Notes: generated by a model not told the origin, from the letters alone. Counted from the stretch's first letter, positions 1 through 9,597 are shown. The stretch is 64,000 nucleotides of DNA from Candidatus Latescibacterota bacterium (GCA_965203355.1 OZ241889.1:1568001-1632000); one strand, 5' to 3'. Translations and numbers: made by a program.

Positions 1-1191
1 AGAGTCATCGAGGGCGGCGGGGTCACTGCGCCGAGTGGGTACCGGGCGGCTGGGATCCAGACGGGTGTCAAGGAGTCGGGTGCGAAGGATTTGGCCCTGG
101 TGTATTCGACGCGCCCGGCCAATGCGGCGGCGGTGTACACCACCAACAAAGTGCAAGGTGCGCCCATTGCCATTGACCGCGAGCACCTCGCCGACGGCAA
201 GGCGCGGGCCGTCATTCTCAACAGCGGCAACGCCAATGTCTGCAACGGCGACAGCGGTTTAGAACACGCCCGGCGAATGTGCGCCCTGACGGCAAGCGAG
301 TTGGGGCTGCAAACGGACGAAGTGCTGGTCTGTTCCACCGGCTTGATCGGCGTGCCCCTGCCGATTGCCAAGATCGAAGCGGGCATCCCGCGCATTGTCG
401 CGGCATTGTCCGCGGAAGGCGGGGCGCTGGCCGCCGAAGCGATTATGACCACGGACACCGTGCCGAAAAGCGGCGCCGTCGAGGTCGAGTTGGAAGCGGG
501 CCGCGCCGTGGTTGGGGCGATGGCCAAAGGGGCGGCGATGATCGCCCCCAATATGGCGACGATGCTGTCGGTGGTGACCACGGACGCGGCCGTGCCGAGC
601 GGGCAACTACGGGAACTGCTGTCGCAGGCCATTCAGCGCACGTTCAACTGCATCACGGTTGACGGCGACATGAGCACGAGCGACACGGTGATTCTGATGG
701 CCAATGGCGATGGTTCGGCGCTAGGCGCGCGCGATTGTGAGCATCTCTACGAAGGCATTGAGTATGTGTGCCGACAGATGGCTCAGGCGATCGCGCGCGA
801 CGCCGAGGGGTCGTCCAAGCTGATCGCCATCGCGGTGCGCGGAGCGGCTACGGAAGCTGAAGCGAGGCAGATCGGCCTAGCGGTGGCCAATTCGAGTTTG
901 GTGAAGACCGCAGCGTTTGGCAATGACCCCAACTGGGGACGCATTCTGTGCGCGATGGGATACGCCGGCGTCGAGTTCGACCCCGAGACCGCGCGCGTGT
1001 CGCTGTGCGGCACCGACATCTACGGCCATGGTGCCGGTATTGATTTCGACGAGGAGAAGCTGAGCGCGGCCATGCAGGCCGAGGAAATGACCATTGGCAT
1101 TGACTTGGCGATGGGCGCGGCCGCGGCTGAAATTTTCACCTGCGATCTGACCTACGAGTACGTGCGTCTGAACGCCGAATACACCACCTGA
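1..1191 (+). CDS. argJ: Bifunctional ornithine acetyltransferase / N-acetylglutamate synthase, 5'-truncated by the window edge
   Basis: Frame is open from base 1 (GVTAPSGYRAAG). Motifs NSGNAN, STGLIG, IMTTDT, KGAAMIAPNMATML, DGDMSTSDT, DPNWGRI; ends LNAEYTT. Confidence 0.95.
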   Translation, partial: RVIEGGGVTAPSGYRAAGIQTGVKESGAKDLALVYSTRPANAAAVYTTNKVQGAPIAIDREHLADGKARAVILNSGNANVCNGDSGLEHARRMCALTASELGLQTDEVLVCSTGLIGVPLPIAKIEAGIPRIVAALSAEGGALAAEAIMTTDTVPKSGAVEVELEAGRAVVGAMAKGAAMIAPNMATMLSVVTTDAAVPSGQLRELLSQAIQRTFNCITVDGDMSTSDTVILMANGDGSALGARDCEHLYEGIEYVCRQMAQAIARDAEGSSKLIAIAVRGAATEAEARQIGLAVANSSLVKTAAFGNDPNWGRILCAMGYAGVEFDPETARVSLCGTDIYGHGAGIDFDEEKLSAAMQAEEMTIGIDLAMGAAAAEIFTCDLTYEYVRLNAEYTT

Positions 1192-1197
1192 GGAGCT

Positions 1198-2379
1198 ATG
1201 CCACTTTCGCACCATGTCCAGCGCGTCCAGCCATCGGTTACCATGCAGATTTCGGCTCGGGCCGCGGCCATGCAGCGCGCCGGTATCGACGTGGTTTCGC
1301 TGTCGGCGGGTGAGCCGGATTTCGATACGCCGCAAAACGTCAAAGACGCTGGCATCCGCGCCATTGCCGAAGGCTTTACCAAGTACACCACCCCGGGGTC
1401 GGGGATCATCGAGCTCAAGGAGGCGATCTGCCGCAAGTTCGAGCGCGACAACGGCTTGGTTTATACAACCGACGAAGTGATCGTCAACAACGGGGCCAAG
1501 CACTCGCTCTTTTTGGCCGTGGCGGCTCTGGTCAATCCCGGCGACGAGGTCATCATCCCCGCGCCCTACTGGGTGACGTATCGGGAGCAGCCGCGGCTGG
1601 TGGGCGGCGAGCCGGTGATCGTCGAGACCCAAGCGGCCAACGGACTCAAGCTGACCGCAGACGAGTTCCGCGCTGCCATTACGCCCCGCACGCGGATGCT
1701 TTTCTTGTGCTCGCCGTCCAACCCCAGCGGCGCGGTGTACACCCGTGATGAATTGGCGAGCTTGGCGGCGGTGGCTGTTGAGCACGGGGTCTATGTGCTC
1801 AGCGACGAAATCTACGAGAAACTGATCTACGACGAAGCCGAGCACCACTCCATTGCAGCTTGTAGCCCGGCGGCCAAGGAATTCAGCATTGTAGTCAATG
1901 GGGTGTCCAAGGCCTATTCGATGACCGGCTGGCGCATCGGCTACACCGGGGCCAGCGAGGCGATCATCGCCGGCATGAACAAGGTGCAAAGTCAGGAAGT
2001 GTCGCATCCTTCGTCGATGGCGCAGAAAGCGGCTGTCGAGGCGCTCAATGGCCCGCAGGAATCGGTCGAGGAAATGCGCCGAGCCTTTGATGCGCGGCGG
2101 CGCTATATGGTCGAGCGTCTAAACGCCATCGAAGGCGTGGAATGCACGTTGCCGTCGGGGGCTTTTTACGCCTATCCCAATGTCGCCGCGTACTACGGCA
2201 GCTCGGTCCGCGATTCCGTGGCCCTGTGCGAGTATTTGCTCGAAGAGGTCAAGGTGGCCTGTGTGCCCGGCGCAGGGTTTGGCACCTACGAGCACATCCG
2301 CCTCTCCTATGCTACGTCGCTAGATCTGATTGAAAAGGCGCTGGACCGAGTTGAGGCGGCACTAGGTGGGTTGGCGTGA
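1198..2379 (+). CDS. PLP-dependent class I aminotransferase (aspartate aminotransferase-like)
   Basis: Motifs GEPDFDTP, SPSNPSGAVY, SDEIY, SKAYSMTGWRIG; GAGGAG RBS upstream. Confidence 0.92.
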   Translation: MPLSHHVQRVQPSVTMQISARAAAMQRAGIDVVSLSAGEPDFDTPQNVKDAGIRAIAEGFTKYTTPGSGIIELKEAICRKFERDNGLVYTTDEVIVNNGAKHSLFLAVAALVNPGDEVIIPAPYWVTYREQPRLVGGEPVIVETQAANGLKLTADEFRAAITPRTRMLFLCSPSNPSGAVYTRDELASLAAVAVEHGVYVLSDEIYEKLIYDEAEHHSIAACSPAAKEFSIVVNGVSKAYSMTGWRIGYTGASEAIIAGMNKVQSQEVSHPSSMAQKAAVEALNGPQESVEEMRRAFDARRRYMVERLNAIEGVECTLPSGAFYAYPNVAAYYGSSVRDSVALCEYLLEEVKVACVPGAGFGTYEHIRLSYATSLDLIEKALDRVEAALGGLA

Positions 2380-2418
2380 ATTGGGAATTTGCAATGGCTA
2401 ATCTCAGGAGGTTTTCCC

Positions 2419-3381
2419 GTGAATAACAGTGGATTTTGCCTCGATTTTGAACGCGAGCTGGTCGAGCTGCAAAAGAAAATCGACGAGCTAAAAAGCCAAG
2501 CCGAAGCGGATGGCTTGAATTTGGATGAGGGCGTGCGCAAGCTCGAAGCGCAGGCCGAGAAGAAGCGCAGAGCAATCTACGCCAATCTCAGCCCTTGGCA
2601 GCGGGTGCAGATCGCGCGCCACCCGAACCGCCCGTACGCGCTCGATTACATTGAGCGGATGCTCGCGGATTTTACCGAGTTACACGGCGACCGCCTTTTT
2701 GCCGACGACCCCTCGGTCGTTGGCGGGCCGGCCCGACTAAACGACGAATCGATCATGGTCGTCGGCATCCAGAGCGGACGCAACCTCGAAGAGCGCCAAA
2801 AGCGCAACTTCGGCATGCCGCATCCAGAAGGGTACCGCAAGGCCCGCCGCCTGATGCAGATGGCGGCCAAGTTCAAATTGCCAATTTTGACCTTGGTCGA
2901 TACCTCGGGGGCGTATCCCGGGATCGAGGCCGAGGAGCGAGGCCAAGCCGAGGCCATCGCCCGCAACCTCTACGAGATGTCGCATTTGCCCGTGCCCATT
3001 GTCGTGGCCATCGTCGGCCAGGCCTTTAGCGGGGGTGCCATTGGCATCACGGTTGGCGACCGAATTCTGATGCTGGAGCACGCTTGTTATTCGGTGATTG
3101 TGCCGGAGAGTTGCTCGACGATCCTGTTCAAGGTGCGCGAGCGCCGAGAGGAAGCGGCCGAAGCCCTCAAGCTCACGGCTACCGATCTAAAGGAGCAGGG
3201 GATCATCGACCGCATCGTGTCCGAGCCGTTGGGGGGCGCACATCACGACTGGGATGCGACGGCCGCCATGCTCAAACGCCACGTGCAAGATGCCTTAGCT
3301 GAGCTTCGGCCACTCGCGCCAGAAGCGCTAGTGGCCCAGCGGCTGGACAAGTTCGCGGCGATGGCCCGCTTTGGCGAATAG
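2419..3381 (+). CDS. accA: Acetyl-CoA carboxylase carboxyltransferase alpha subunit
   Basis: Motifs LDFERE, WQRVQIARHPNRP, FGMPHPEGYRKARRLM, GAYPGIEAEERGQ, EPLGGAH. GTG start after AGGAGG at 2406-2411. Confidence 0.95.
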   Translation: MNNSGFCLDFERELVELQKKIDELKSQAEADGLNLDEGVRKLEAQAEKKRRAIYANLSPWQRVQIARHPNRPYALDYIERMLADFTELHGDRLFADDPSVVGGPARLNDESIMVVGIQSGRNLEERQKRNFGMPHPEGYRKARRLMQMAAKFKLPILTLVDTSGAYPGIEAEERGQAEAIARNLYEMSHLPVPIVVAIVGQAFSGGAIGITVGDRILMLEHACYSVIVPESCSTILFKVRERREEAAEALKLTATDLKEQGIIDRIVSEPLGGAHHDWDATAAMLKRHVQDALAELRPLAPEALVAQRLDKFAAMARFGE

Positions 3382-3421
3382 GGCGCGTTTTGTCGCGGAC
3401 GAGCCAATCGTAGGTTTTGGC

Positions 3422-4216
3422 TCAGGTGCGCCGCAGGCGGTCGAACAGCCGCTCTAAGCGGTCGAAGGCGAGGCGGATCATGTCTTCGTCCCAGTCGCCG
3501 TCGATTTTGATCTGCACCATGGACTGGAGGGTTTCTAGATAGGCTCGCTGCGTCTCGGTTAGGGGGCGTTCTTGGCGCTCTTGTCGCTCGGAACTAGTGC
3601 GCTTAGTGGGTCCGTCGCGCCCGGAGCGTTCCCTCGGAGCGGGCGCGCGGGTGCTGTGCGTGGGTTCGGGAGTTTCGGCTTGGGGGGCGGGTTCAGCGAC
3701 CGCCACTTCCGCTTGCGCTTCCGAGGGGGTACCAAAGTCGGCTTCGGCGACGAGATACTTGAAAAACATCTTCATCTTGTTGGCCGAGTCGCGTCCCATA
3801 CCGGTGCGATTGCGGAAGTAATCGATGATCGCTTCGTCCTTCATGCTGCCGTTGCTCTTTTCCCACTCCGGCAGCAGATCTTTGTACAGGCTGCGGGCCA
3901 CATCGGCAAACGCGAATTTGCGCGTCTCCTTGGGGACGATTCGCAGCAGCAGGTCCGTGGGCTTTTGGTCGCGGCCGGTCAGGTTCATGGATTCGATGCC
4001 GCGCAAAAAGCGGTGAATCATCGACGGGGTGCGAATAATAGGCCGCACGTAGTCGCGGTCGATTTGGTCGGGAATCTTGGTCTCCAGCCGCGAGAGAAAG
4101 CGCTCGAACTGCACCTTAGTGATGTAGGGGAACCAAGCCCGATCCTGCCGGCTGCTCTCTTCGGCCGCGCCCTCGTCTCCTGTCGTCTCAGCCGCGTCTT
4201 GGCGTACTTCTTCCAT
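3422..4216 (-). CDS. Hypothetical protein, DUF5343-like N-terminal domain plus low-complexity linker
   Basis: 264-aa ORF with GGAG RBS. The segment PYIT..KIPDQIDRDY..NLTG..KPT resembles DUF5343. Confidence 0.6.
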   Translation of the reverse strand: MEEVRQDAAETTGDEGAAEESSRQDRAWFPYITKVQFERFLSRLETKIPDQIDRDYVRPIIRTPSMIHRFLRGIESMNLTGRDQKPTDLLLRIVPKETRKFAFADVARSLYKDLLPEWEKSNGSMKDEAIIDYFRNRTGMGRDSANKMKMFFKYLVAEADFGTPSEAQAEVAVAEPAPQAETPEPTHSTRAPAPRERSGRDGPTKRTSSERQERQERPLTETQRAYLETLQSMVQIKIDGDWDEDMIRLAFDRLERLFDRLRRT

Positions 4217-4255
4217 TTGTAAGTCTCCATTCGGTAGATTGATATGTCACCGGGC

Positions 4256-4612
4256 TTAGGGCTGGGCAAATTCGGCGGTCACAACGGCGGAAATGCCCCC
4301 GCGCACATTGAACTCGCCCACCACAGTCATGCGTCGCGGCGCACAGACGGCCACCAAATCGTTGAGAATGGTGTTGGTGACCGCTTCGTAGTAAGCGCCT
4401 TCTTGGCGAAAGGACCACAGGTAGAGCTTGAGCGATTTGAGCTCAATGCACTGTTGGTCGGGTGCGTAGCGGATGTGGATGGTGCCGAAATCGGGTTGCC
4501 CAGTTACGGGACATATCGAAGTGAATTCCGGACACGAAAGCTCTATTGTGTAGTCGCGGTCCGGATGGGGGTTGGCAAAAACAGCTAGGTTTTTGCTCGG
4601 CTCGGTAGCCAT
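4256..4612 (-). CDS. queF: NADPH-dependent 7-cyano-7-deazaguanine (preQ0) reductase
   Basis: Motifs [31 protein letters not shown]. Confidence 0.95.
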   Translation of the reverse strand: MATEPSKNLAVFANPHPDRDYTIELSCPEFTSICPVTGQPDFGTIHIRYAPDQQCIELKSLKLYLWSFRQEGAYYEAVTNTILNDLVAVCAPRRMTVVGEFNVRGGISAVVTAEFAQP

Positions 4613-4656
4613 AACGTTTTGTCTCCTAACAGCCTTAAAGACTTAATAATAAGGAT

Positions 4657-4762
4657 AAACGGGTGCTTTGGCTATGCCGCGACAAAGCGCTCGATGACGT
4701 TGGCGGTGATGCGCGAGACGGTCTCATCTACGAGGACGGACGGAAAAAACCGCGCGGCCGCT
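4657..4762. repeat. Left island boundary: copy of the 3' end of the 13973-15556 gene
   Basis: 4657-4736 is identical to 13958-14037 (80 bp). After a gap of ~23 bp the match resumes (gacggaaaaaaccgcgc.gccgct) up to the hsdR stop codon. Confidence 0.95.
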
Positions 4763-7700
4763 CACGGCGCACTCGCCTGCTCGCAGGCCAGCTCGAACAC
4801 CCTGTCGGTCATCCAGCGCTTGAAATCCTCGTTGTCCATGAATTGCTTGAAGAGCTCGGTGTCGTCCTTCATTACATTCGTCATGACTTGCAGCAGTGCT
4901 TTGTCGTGCTCGATGCGGGCGTTGGCGTCGTCCGAGTTCTGCCGCGCATTCCTGAAGGCCGCGTCTGCGGCCACCCGGGACGGGATGGTCTGGGTGATGA
5001 GCGTCCCTACGCGGTCGGCATCCGCCCAAGCGATGTCGCCGAACAGATCGTTGAAGATTTTGAGGATGTTTGAGAGCCGGTCCAACGCTGGCTCGGTGCG
5101 GTGTCCGCCGCCGGCGGTCGGCACCGGATCGACCTCGGCGTCCTCGTCCGGCAGCAAGATCTGCTGCATCGCTTGCTTCTCGACTCGGTAGCTGTCTAGG
5201 TCGATGGCGTCGAGGATGCCCTTCGACAGGTCCTCTTCTTCCGGGGCGGGCAGCTTGGGAATCAGGAAGTTCAGGAAGATCGAGCGTTTCTCCCAGCCGA
5301 CGTCGTTGTAGGGAAGCACGGCCGAGAGAAAGGCGTAGGTGCGCACGAATCCCTTGGCGTTGCCCTTGAACTGCGCTTGGCCGTCCTCGTTTAGATCGGT
5401 TTTGTAGGCCGCTACGCAGGCGTCGAGGATCGGGTCCAGTTGATCGCGCTGGGCCCCGCCGAGGTAGTGCTCGACGAAATCATCGACCTGTTCGGCGGCA
5501 TAGACTTGGGCGCGGTCTAGGTCTGTCTGGAGGTCGTGCAGTTTGTTGGGGTCGGTCTCGTCGGCTAGGGTCGTCGTGCGGTAGTAGGGGGCGAAGGCGT
5601 CGCGGATGGTGTCGGCGTCGTTGAGGAAGTCGAGCACGAACACGTCGTGCTTCTTGGGATGCGCTCGGTTGAGGCGGGACAGGGTTTGCACCGCTTTGAT
5701 GCTGGACAGCGTCTTATCGACGTACATGGTGTGCAGCCATGGTTCGTCGTATCCGGTCTGGAATTTGTCGGCGCAGACCAGGAAGCGATAGGGGTCTTCT
5801 TGGAACTGCCCGGCGATCTGGGCCGAGGGAAAGCCATTCAGCGAGGCTTCGGTGACCTGCTCGCCGCCGAACTCGTGCTCGCCGGAGAAGGCGACGAGTG
5901 CCCGGTAGCGGCTTTTGCGCTCCCGCAGGTAATCGCGGATCGCGTGGTAGTACTGGATGGCCCGCTCAATGCCGTTGGTGACCACCATCGCCCGCGCTTG
6001 GCCTCCGACCTTGTTTTGCGCCAGCACTTGGTCGTGGAAGTGATCGACCATGATCTGGGCTTTGAGTCCAATCGCGTGATCGCTGCTCTCGACGAAGCGG
6101 CGCAGTTTCTTCTGGGCCTTCTTGACGTCGAACTCTGGGTCTTGCTCCACCGTTTTGGCAAGCTTGTAGTAGCTCTGCACTGGCATGTAGTAGGCGAGCA
6201 CGTCGAGGATGAATCCCTCTTGGATCGCCTGCTTCATGGTGTAGCTGTGGAAGGCGTGGTGCCGGACGGTGCCGTCGGGCTGAGGGGCTGGGGCACCGAA
6301 AATTTCCAGCGTCTTGTTCTTGGGCGTAGCCGTGAAGGCGAAGTAACTGGCGTTGGGTAGCAGTCGGCGCGATTCCATCAGGCGGTTGATCCGGTCCTCA
6401 AAGGTTTCTTCCTCTTCGGCACGGACCGCGGAGAGTGCTTGGGCCATGGCAGCACTGGTGCGACCGCCTTGGCTGGAGTGGGCTTCGTCGATGATGATGG
6501 CAAAGTGCCGCCCGTGCGGCTCGTGGCCGATTTCGTCGAGGATGAAGGGGAACTTCTGAATCGTCGAGATGATGATCTTCTTGCCGCTCCCGATAAATCG
6601 GCGGAGATCGCCCGAGCGGTCGGCGTGTCCCACGGTCGCCGATACTTGGGCATACTGCTTGATGGTGTCGCGGATCTGTCGGTCGAGGATGAGGCGGTCG
6701 GTGACGACGATGATCGAGTCAAAGACGGGAGTGCTGCCTTTTGCTAGGCCGATTAGTTGGTGGGCCAGATAGGCGATGGAGTTGCTCTTGCCGCTGCCGG
6801 CCGAGTGTTGGATCAGGTAGCGGCGGCCCACGCCGTGAGAACGCGCATCGTCCAGCAGGCGGCGCACCACGTCGAGTTGGTGGTAGCGCGGCCAGATCTG
6901 GGTCCGCTTCTTTTTGCCCGTTTTCTCGTCCTTTGACTCCACCACTTGAGCGTAGTTTTCCAAGATGTTGGTCAGGCTCTCGCGGGGGAGCACTTCCCGC
7001 CACAGGTAGTCGATCGCCAGTCCGTTGGGATTGGGTGGGTTGCCAGCCCCGTCGTTCCAGCCGCGGTTGAAGGGGAGGAACCAAGCGGTTTTGCCGCTGA
7101 GGTGGGTGCAGAAGCGGACTTCGCTTTCGTCCAGCGCGAAGTGGGCGACGCAGCGGCCGAACTCGAACAGCTTCTCGCGTGGGTTGCGGTCGCGCTGATA
7201 CTGCTGGACAGCGTCGGCCACGGTCTGCTTGGTGAGGCTGTTTTTCAGCTCGAAGGTGAAGACCGGCAGGCCGTTGATGAACAGGCCGATGTCGAGGGCC
7301 CGCTGGGTTTCGTCGCGGCTGTAGCGAAGCTGGCGGGTAACGGTGAAGCGGTTCTGTTTGAAGCGTTCCTGTGCGGCGGGATTGTCGGCTGAAGGCGTGC
7401 CGTAGAATAGGTCTAAGGTGTGCGCTCCGTGCTTGATGCCGTGGCGCAGCACGTCGAGGGTGCCGCGTTTGCCGATTTCGCCTTGGAGCCGGGCTAGGAA
7501 CCGGCGGCGCGTGGGGCTGTCTGCGGACAAATCGAGGGCTGCTGAGGCTTCGGGCTGGGTGGTGCGTAGGAAGGCGGAAAGCTGAGCCCGGTCAATGCAG
7601 TATTCGCGGTCGTAGTCGTGGAAATTGCCGCCGGCCCAACCGACTCCGCCGTAGTGGGCAGGGGGTTCGCCCACGGTAGGGCCTGAAGGCGGGTCGCAGG

Positions 7701-7764
7701 GATGGCCGGCTAAAGCGGTGCAGATGAGGCGTTCGAGGCCGCGTTCGGAGGTGTCGGTGGGCAC
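4762..7764 (-). CDS. hsdR: Type I restriction endonuclease R subunit
   Basis: Nuclease motif LDIGLFINGLPVFTFELKN, Walker A QHSAGSGKS, DEAH box, FTATPK, QTGYDEP, QTLSRLNR. Confidence 0.95.
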   Translation of the reverse strand: MPTDTSERGLERLICTALAGHPCDPPSGPTVGEPPAHYGGVGWAGGNFHDYDREYCIDRAQLSAFLRTTQPEASAALDLSADSPTRRRFLARLQGEIGKRGTLDVLRHGIKHGAHTLDLFYGTPSADNPAAQERFKQNRFTVTRQLRYSRDETQRALDIGLFINGLPVFTFELKNSLTKQTVADAVQQYQRDRNPREKLFEFGRCVAHFALDESEVRFCTHLSGKTAWFLPFNRGWNDGAGNPPNPNGLAIDYLWREVLPRESLTNILENYAQVVESKDEKTGKKKRTQIWPRYHQLDVVRRLLDDARSHGVGRRYLIQHSAGSGKSNSIAYLAHQLIGLAKGSTPVFDSIIVVTDRLILDRQIRDTIKQYAQVSATVGHADRSGDLRRFIGSGKKIIISTIQKFPFILDEIGHEPHGRHFAIIIDEAHSSQGGRTSAAMAQALSAVRAEEEETFEDRINRLMESRRLLPNASYFAFTATPKNKTLEIFGAPAPQPDGTVRHHAFHSYTMKQAIQEGFILDVLAYYMPVQSYYKLAKTVEQDPEFDVKKAQKKLRRFVESSDHAIGLKAQIMVDHFHDQVLAQNKVGGQARAMVVTNGIERAIQYYHAIRDYLRERKSRYRALVAFSGEHEFGGEQVTEASLNGFPSAQIAGQFQEDPYRFLVCADKFQTGYDEPWLHTMYVDKTLSSIKAVQTLSRLNRAHPKKHDVFVLDFLNDADTIRDAFAPYYRTTTLADETDPNKLHDLQTDLDRAQVYAAEQVDDFVEHYLGGAQRDQLDPILDACVAAYKTDLNEDGQAQFKGNAKGFVRTYAFLSAVLPYNDVGWEKRSIFLNFLIPKLPAPEEEDLSKGILDAIDLDSYRVEKQAMQQILLPDEDAEVDPVPTAGGGHRTEPALDRLSNILKIFNDLFGDIAWADADRVGTLITQTIPSRVAADAAFRNARQNSDDANARIEHDKALLQVMTNVMKDDTELFKQFMDNEDFKRWMTDRVFELACEQASAP

Positions 7765-8011
7765 GGTAAAGACTACGGGTCTGTGAACGGATTGATCGCA
7801 ACGCCGTTGTAATGTAGATGTTCACTGGCCGATGGGCAATGCCTACGGCGCACGAGACGCGATGCCCCGCTAAACGATTCTAAGCCCCGCGAGGAGAGGA
7901 CTAACGGGGCGGTCTACGCCGCCGAGTAGGGATAAGCGGTCCCGTTGCGTCCATTCGGGCGGAAGTTATCTTATCGGGACAAGCGAGTGTAGCAACTCAC
8001 CGACGACATAC

Positions 8012-8087
8012 CGCACCAACCCGCGCCACGATCGGGCCCATCTTTTGCGCTGCTACGCTCTGGCGACCGCCGCGCCGGGTTGGTGCG
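8012..8087. other. Inverted repeat (12-bp perfect stem) immediately upstream of the 8104 gene
   Basis: cgcaccaacccg (8012-8023) pairs with cgggttggtgcg (8076-8087); the AAAGGA RBS follows. Confidence 0.6.
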
Positions 8088-8103
8088 CTGAAAGGATTCA
8101 GCC

Positions 8104-8361
8104 ATGAGCGAACCCATCACCCAAGCCCAAGATCACGACCGCCGCATTGGTCGGCTGGAAGGCATCGCCGAGCAGATAACGGAACAAAACCGCCAGACCA
8201 ACGCCCGCCTTGACCGCATTGAGCAAACCATCGCCGAAGTACGCCACGAGATCGCCGCGGTACGGCAGGAGCATCGCCGAGATTTTCGCTGGCTTATCGG
8301 TATCCAGTTGACCACCCTGCTAGCCCTCGGTACGCTGATCTTGTCGCGGTTGCCCAGCTAA
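8104..8361 (+). CDS. Small coiled-coil protein with C-terminal membrane anchor (paralog 1; CCDC90/DUF1640/Bdr-like architecture)
   Basis: 85 aa. Shares N-terminus QAQDHDRRIGRLEGI and hydrophobic C-terminus RWLIGIQ..LLALGTLIL with two neighbouring genes. Confidence 0.8.
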   Translation: MSEPITQAQDHDRRIGRLEGIAEQITEQNRQTNARLDRIEQTIAEVRHEIAAVRQEHRRDFRWLIGIQLTTLLALGTLILSRLPS

Positions 8362-8440
8362 AGTGACCGCAGGCAATGGCGTAAGACACAACGCCGCCGG
8401 GACCTCGCCGACGGCGTACAGCAGTGCCAGACACCTGTGG

Positions 8441-8668
8441 TCAAACCGCAACTGTGTAATGGTTGACCACGACTGAATCCGCTGTCAGATCCTCATCCTG
8501 CTCAAGCTCGTCGAGATACAACCTGATCGCGTCGGCGACCAGAGTACGCACCGCATCCTCGGTTTCCCCCGCCACGCCGATGCCCGGAAGTTCCGGTACA
8601 TACGCCCCATACGCTTGGGGGCCGTATTGCTCTACAATGATCAGATACTCAGTTTGTGCCATCTTCAT
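8441..8668 (-). CDS. HicB-like antitoxin (N-terminal domain only)
   Basis: YLIIVE...YGAYVPELPGIGVAGETED...DAIRLYLD matches the HicB pattern. Confidence 0.8.
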   Translation of the reverse strand: MKMAQTEYLIIVEQYGPQAYGAYVPELPGIGVAGETEDAVRTLVADAIRLYLDELEQDEDLTADSVVVNHYTVAV

Positions 8669-8685
8669 ACGCCTTGTTGGGGCGT

Positions 8686-9051
8686 CTAGCCGGGCAAGCG
8701 CGTTAAAATCAGCGTACCGAGGGCTAGTAGGCTGGCTACTTGCATCCCCACTAGCCAGCGGATCAGCGTGTCAATGCGTCTGTTGGTCTCGTCAATACGC
8801 GCGTTGGTCGTGTCAATGCGTCCGTTGGTCTCGTCAATACGGGCGTCGGTAGTGTCAATGCGGGCGTCGGTCTGGCGGCCTTGCTCAGCGATGGCCTGCC
8901 GAATTTCGCGGCCTTGCTCGGCAATGGCTTGTTCAATGCGGTCAAGGCGGGCGTTGGTCTGGCGGCCCTGTTCGACCAACTGCTCAACGATGCCTTCCAG
9001 CCGTCCAATACGGCGGTCGTGGTCTTGGGCTTGGGTTACAGGTTCGTTCAT
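8686..9051 (-). CDS. Small coiled-coil protein with C-terminal membrane anchor (paralog 2, expanded heptad repeats)
   Basis: 121 aa with AAAGGAGG RBS. Five T[DN]xRID[TE] heptads encoded by 21-bp repeats at ~8769-8873. Confidence 0.85.
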   Translation of the reverse strand: MNEPVTQAQDHDRRIGRLEGIVEQLVEQGRQTNARLDRIEQAIAEQGREIRQAIAEQGRQTDARIDTTDARIDETNGRIDTTNARIDETNRRIDTLIRWLVGMQVASLLALGTLILTRLPG

Positions 9052-9098
9052 AGGGTGTCCTCCTTTGCTTTGCGTTGGCGTAGCGCGTCCTTAAAGCG

Positions 9099-9127
9099 AG
9101 CATCCATAAAGAGCCTATCCGTGTCAA
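9099..9127 (-). promoter_or_regulatory. Sigma70-type promoter for paralog 2
   Basis: Minus strand TTGACA-N17-GATGCT; an identical copy lies at 9659-9687. Confidence 0.6.
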
Positions 9128-9138
9128 GTGATGTGATA

Positions 9139-9285
9139 CTAACCTTCAGGATCGAATGCGGGTGGGGCGTCTGTCTCGCCTGTGGCTGCCGGCCGTTCAG
9201 CCGCTGCCTCGCGCACGTCGATCTTGCCGGTGACGACGTCGGCGATCAGGCGGGTGCGGTATTCGCGGAGGAGGTCGATTTCGCG
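9139..9285 (-). pseudogene. Detached copy of the hsdS C-terminus
   Basis: Translates to REIDLLREYRTRLIADVVTGKIDVREAAAERPAATGETDAPPAFDPEG*, which is the hsdS tail with 18 extra bp. No start codon. Confidence 0.9.
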
Positions 9286-9294
9286 ATGGGGCGT

Positions 9295-9597
9295 CTAGCC
9301 GGGCAAGCGCGTTAAAATCAGCGTACCGAGGGCTAGTAGGCTGGCTACTTGCATCCCCACTAGCCAGCGGATCAGCGTGTCAATGCGGGCGTTGGTCGCG
9401 TCAAAGCGTTCGTTGGTCTGGCGGCCTTGCTCGGCGATGGCTTGCCGCAGTTCGCGGCCTTGCTCTTGGATGGCTTTTTCAAGACGGTCAAAGCGTTCGT
9501 TGGTCTGGCGGCCCTGTTCGGCCAACTGCTCAACGATGCCTTCCAGCCGTCCAATACGGCGGTCGTGATCTTGGGCTTGGGTTACAGGTTCGTTCAT
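9295..9597 (-). CDS. Small coiled-coil protein with C-terminal membrane anchor (paralog 3)
   Basis: 100 aa with AAAGGAGG RBS. Ends identical to paralog 2, shorter stalk. Confidence 0.85.
   Translation of the reverse strand: MNEPVTQAQDHDRRIGRLEGIVEQLAEQGRQTNERFDRLEKAIQEQGRELRQAIAEQGRQTNERFDATNARIDTLIRWLVGMQVASLLALGTLILTRLPG

Noticed and set aside
4613-4656. preQ1 riboswitch upstream of queF
   Set aside because: The region is short and AT-rich with no recognisable preQ1 stem, loop and A-rich tail.
8104-9597. Diversity-generating retroelement or retron behind the paralog variation
   Set aside because: No reverse transcriptase in the window; the differences are repeat-unit indels, not adenine-specific substitutions.
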